From NCBI RefSeq assembly GCF_000014265.1, contig NC_008312.1, forward strand, positions 7,200,001-7,232,000: DNA of 32,000 bases. Reading direction: 5' to 3'. This document shows, in pieces, positions 29,813 through 32,000 of this stretch. This DNA comes from Trichodesmium erythraeum IMS101. GTDB taxonomy: Bacteria > Cyanobacteriota > Cyanobacteriia > Cyanobacteriales > Microcoleaceae. Positions within the stretch are counted from its first letter, which is position 1. Each line of letters opens with the position of its first letter. The position numbers and the translations under genes are program-made. The notes under the pieces are model-generated. The model ran no database searches. It had not been told where the DNA came from and saw only the letters and a list, made by a program, of their open reading frames with translations.

Positions 29813-30240
29813 CTAAGTCATATTCATGATTTCATACCAAATATCCAACTAACTTTGTGAGAGGGTATTTTTTTTAGTTACATAAGATAGGTAGGTGTTA
29901 GAATTTATTGTTATTTAACAAGATATAAATTTACTCTCAAATCAAATTTCTAGATAGGCTTCAAGTTACTTGATAAAATTTGATAGAGTTGTTTGGTGTG
30001 GGAAAAATTAAAATTATCAAAAGCTTAATCTAGAAAGGTTTGATAATTTTAGATCGATCAGATTACTATAAACCTCATAAGGGTTAGGGTTTTAGCCATT
30101 TTTTTTCCTTAATTCCCATTCCCAACAACTCTAATATGGTTAAGCAATTTCCTTGTATACCTATTTATTTATTAAATCTTGTTTATTTATCAAATCTTGA
30201 TAAAGTCTTAATAAGGAGATTTTCAAGTAAAAAAAAATCT

Positions 30241-30768
30241 ATGAAACGTATACTTTCTACATTGATGGTTAGCAGTTGCTTATTAACAGGCTTCTCAATG
30301 GCAAGTTTAGCTCAGGGAATGCCAGGCTTTACACTCTTTGGTGGGCCAGAACAGAAAAATCAGTTAAACTTCCGTTTAGATTCTGGTAAATCTGGGAGTT
30401 GGGATCGTTATCGACTAAGAATACCAGCCAAAAAATTAAATTTAGCTGTTGCTCAGTTATCAATTTCTTATCCTAATTATTATAAAGGTATATTTGATAC
30501 TGATAAAATAGAAATTCGTGTTGGGACAGGAAACTCTAAAAAACCAGAGTCAATACCTATAGATGATGTAGTATGGAACCAAGAAGATAATTTTATAGAA
30601 ATTTATCCTTCTGAACCAATTCCGGCTGGTAATAAAATCGAAGTAGTTCTCCACAATGTCAAAAACCCCAGATTTGGGGGAATGTATCACTTTAATGCTA
30701 ATATTAGGACTCCTGGAGATGTACCTTTACTACGTTATATTGGCACATGGCTTTTGAGTATAGAGTAA
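30241..30768 (+). CDS. DUF2808-like secreted protein
   Basis: Signal peptide MKRILSTLMVSSCLLTGFSMASLAQG. C-terminal pattern NVKNPRFGGMYHFNANIRTPGDVPLLRYIGTWLLSI. ATG 30241 is preferred over 30136. Confidence 0.65.
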   Translation: MKRILSTLMVSSCLLTGFSMASLAQGMPGFTLFGGPEQKNQLNFRLDSGKSGSWDRYRLRIPAKKLNLAVAQLSISYPNYYKGIFDTDKIEIRVGTGNSKKPESIPIDDVVWNQEDNFIEIYPSEPIPAGNKIEVVLHNVKNPRFGGMYHFNANIRTPGDVPLLRYIGTWLLSIE

Positions 30769-30885
30769 ATAAATACTTCAGCAATAGAAGTTATGGTTAA
30801 GAATTAACTTGATCTAGATATTTATGCTATGATTAGGGATCGTGAATTTGAAATTATTATATTGATGGTTAAGGAGTAGAGAAAA

Positions 30886-31026
30886 ATGACTCAGCGGACT
30901 TTACATGGTACCTGTAGAAAGAGGAGAAGAGTATCTGGTTTTAGGGTAAGGATGCGTACGAGAAATGGCCGAGCAGTAATTAGAGCTCGTCGGAAAAAAG
31001 GGCGTGAGCGTCTGGCAGTATATTAG
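30886..31026 (+). CDS. rpmH: 50S ribosomal protein L34
   Basis: A 46-aa ORF missing from the track because it is short: [46 protein letters not shown]. An AAGGAG SD lies 9-10 nt upstream. Confidence 0.9.
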   Translation: MTQRTLHGTCRKRRRVSGFRVRMRTRNGRAVIRARRKKGRERLAVY

Positions 31027-31075
31027 AAATTTACAGAAAATTCTGATTGGTGGAAAAATATTAGAAAATCTTACC

Positions 31076-31483
31076 ATGTTGCCAGATGAAAGTAGGCTTC
31101 GTCATCATAAAGACTTTAGTGCTGTATATCAGAAAGGAATTCGTAAGAATACTTCTCATCTAAGTTTAAGGGCTCTGCGTCATATGCAACAGCCTCAATT
31201 AATTGAACACTCAGATCAATTATATCCTGACAGACCTACCCGCATAGGAATTTCTATTAGCAAAAAGGTGAATAAAGGAGCAGTAGTCAGAAATCGAATT
31301 AAACGCCAAATTAGGGCAGCTTTACGACAAATGTTGCCGTATATATCAAAAGGATGGGATCTAGTAATAGTAGTAAAACCAACAGCCAAACAGTGCAATT
31401 ATTATGAATTTCTGCAACAATTAGAGAAGTTATTGGCACAAGTGGAGGTGTTGCATGGGTATTCGAGAGGAAGCCTTCTATGA
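31076..31483 (+). CDS. rnpA: Ribonuclease P protein component
   Basis: Lies directly after rpmH. Motifs RLRHHKDFSAVYQKG and SKKV.KGAVVRNRIKRQIR. ATG 31076 is preferred over the GTG at 31004, which would overlap rpmH. Confidence 0.85.
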   Translation: MLPDESRLRHHKDFSAVYQKGIRKNTSHLSLRALRHMQQPQLIEHSDQLYPDRPTRIGISISKKVNKGAVVRNRIKRQIRAALRQMLPYISKGWDLVIVVKPTAKQCNYYEFLQQLEKLLAQVEVLHGYSRGSLL

Positions 31484-31844
31484 GGGCGGCCCCCATATAG
31501 GAGATTTAATCTTTAATTTATTAATTGGCCTGACAATCATTGGCCTTCCTCTAACGGTTGCGGCTGTTGTTCGGGCCTTATGGTTAAGATATCGGATTAC
31601 TAATCGCCGAGTTTCAGTCACAGGTGGCTGGATGGGACAAGATCGTACAGATATTATTTACTCAGAAATTATAAAAGTTGCAAAAGTACCTAGAGGATTA
31701 GGTGCTTGGGGTGATTTAGCAATTACTCTGAGAAATGGTACTCGCTTAGAATTAAGGGCAATACCAAGATTTAGAGAAATTGAAGATTACATAACTGAAA
31801 AAATAGTGGCCAAAACTCAAAAAGCGGATAGTACTACTAATTGA
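31455..31844 (+). CDS. Bacterial PH-domain (DUF304/YdbS-like) membrane protein
   Basis: Two N-terminal TM segments followed by RYRITNRRVSV...IIYSEI. It occupies the rnpA-downstream position seen in cyanobacterial rnpA-yidC clusters. It overlaps rnpA by 29 nt. Confidence 0.7.
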   Translation: MGIREEAFYEGGPHIGDLIFNLLIGLTIIGLPLTVAAVVRALWLRYRITNRRVSVTGGWMGQDRTDIIYSEIIKVAKVPRGLGAWGDLAITLRNGTRLELRAIPRFREIEDYITEKIVAKTQKADSTTN

Positions 31845-32000
31845 TAGGAATTTAACTAATTATTAGTAGATAAATTTTTCAATTAGCTACTATAATATTA
31901 ATCCAGATAAAATACTGATAAATTATTGGATTTACAGATAGTTAACTAGATATTGGGATTAGTAGTAGTAAATAATTTAAAATCGTCAAAATTAGAAATA

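Noticed and set aside
30136-30240. Longer start for the DUF2808 gene, and GTG 31004 for rnpA
   Set aside because: The internal ATG at 30241 begins a textbook signal peptide. The rnpA GTG would overlap rpmH in another frame. Alignment is needed to confirm either call.
31216-31496. Minus-strand ORFs of 60 and 61 aa
   Set aside because: They are antisense inside rnpA.
1-32000. tRNA, rRNA, tmRNA, RNase P RNA and 6S RNA genes
   Set aside because: By eye I found no GTTCGAATC-type T-arm or other hallmark sequences. A tRNAscan/Infernal run is still needed to be certain.

Overview
AT-rich cyanobacterial chromosome segment. The octamer GCGATCGC (HIP1) occurs 15 times. A fraC-fraD-fraE-like operon, a HetI-like phosphopantetheinyl transferase and RRM-type Rbp genes point to a filamentous cyanobacterium. 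I cannot name the species without a database search. Most intact genes are housekeeping: a glutamine-synthetase-family protein (5' partial), a double-domain CobO-like protein, larE-like, hisC, metF, trpS, ygfZ, yidD, aspartoacylase, a VanY-like peptidase, ispE, two tandem rbp genes, pntB/pntAB/pntAA, a DUF2808 protein and rpmH-rnpA-PH-domain protein. By my own tally the intact CDSs cover only about 58% of the window. The rest is long AT-rich spacer plus gene debris: a defective IS630 with inverted repeats and a TA duplication, a defective IS5-like element with a TAA duplication, a second IS630 fragment, a Uma2-endonuclease pseudogene and a truncated FGE-sulfatase-domain pseudogene. I found no tRNA, rRNA or CRISPR array, and no convincing complete multi-gene novel system. 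The most unusual items are: (1) three tandem diverged repeats filling the spacer next to the PPTase gene, with codon-like conservation on the minus strand but no proper start codons; (2) a tandemly duplicated rbp cassette whose promoter and 5' leader are almost identical and contain a possible anti-SD pairing; (3) a 113-bp MITE-like insertion with an 11-bp direct duplication that distinguishes the two rbp cassettes; (4) a perfect 12+12 palindrome in the divergent pntAA/DUF2808 promoter region. All functional calls rest on motif recognition by eye and need homology searches.
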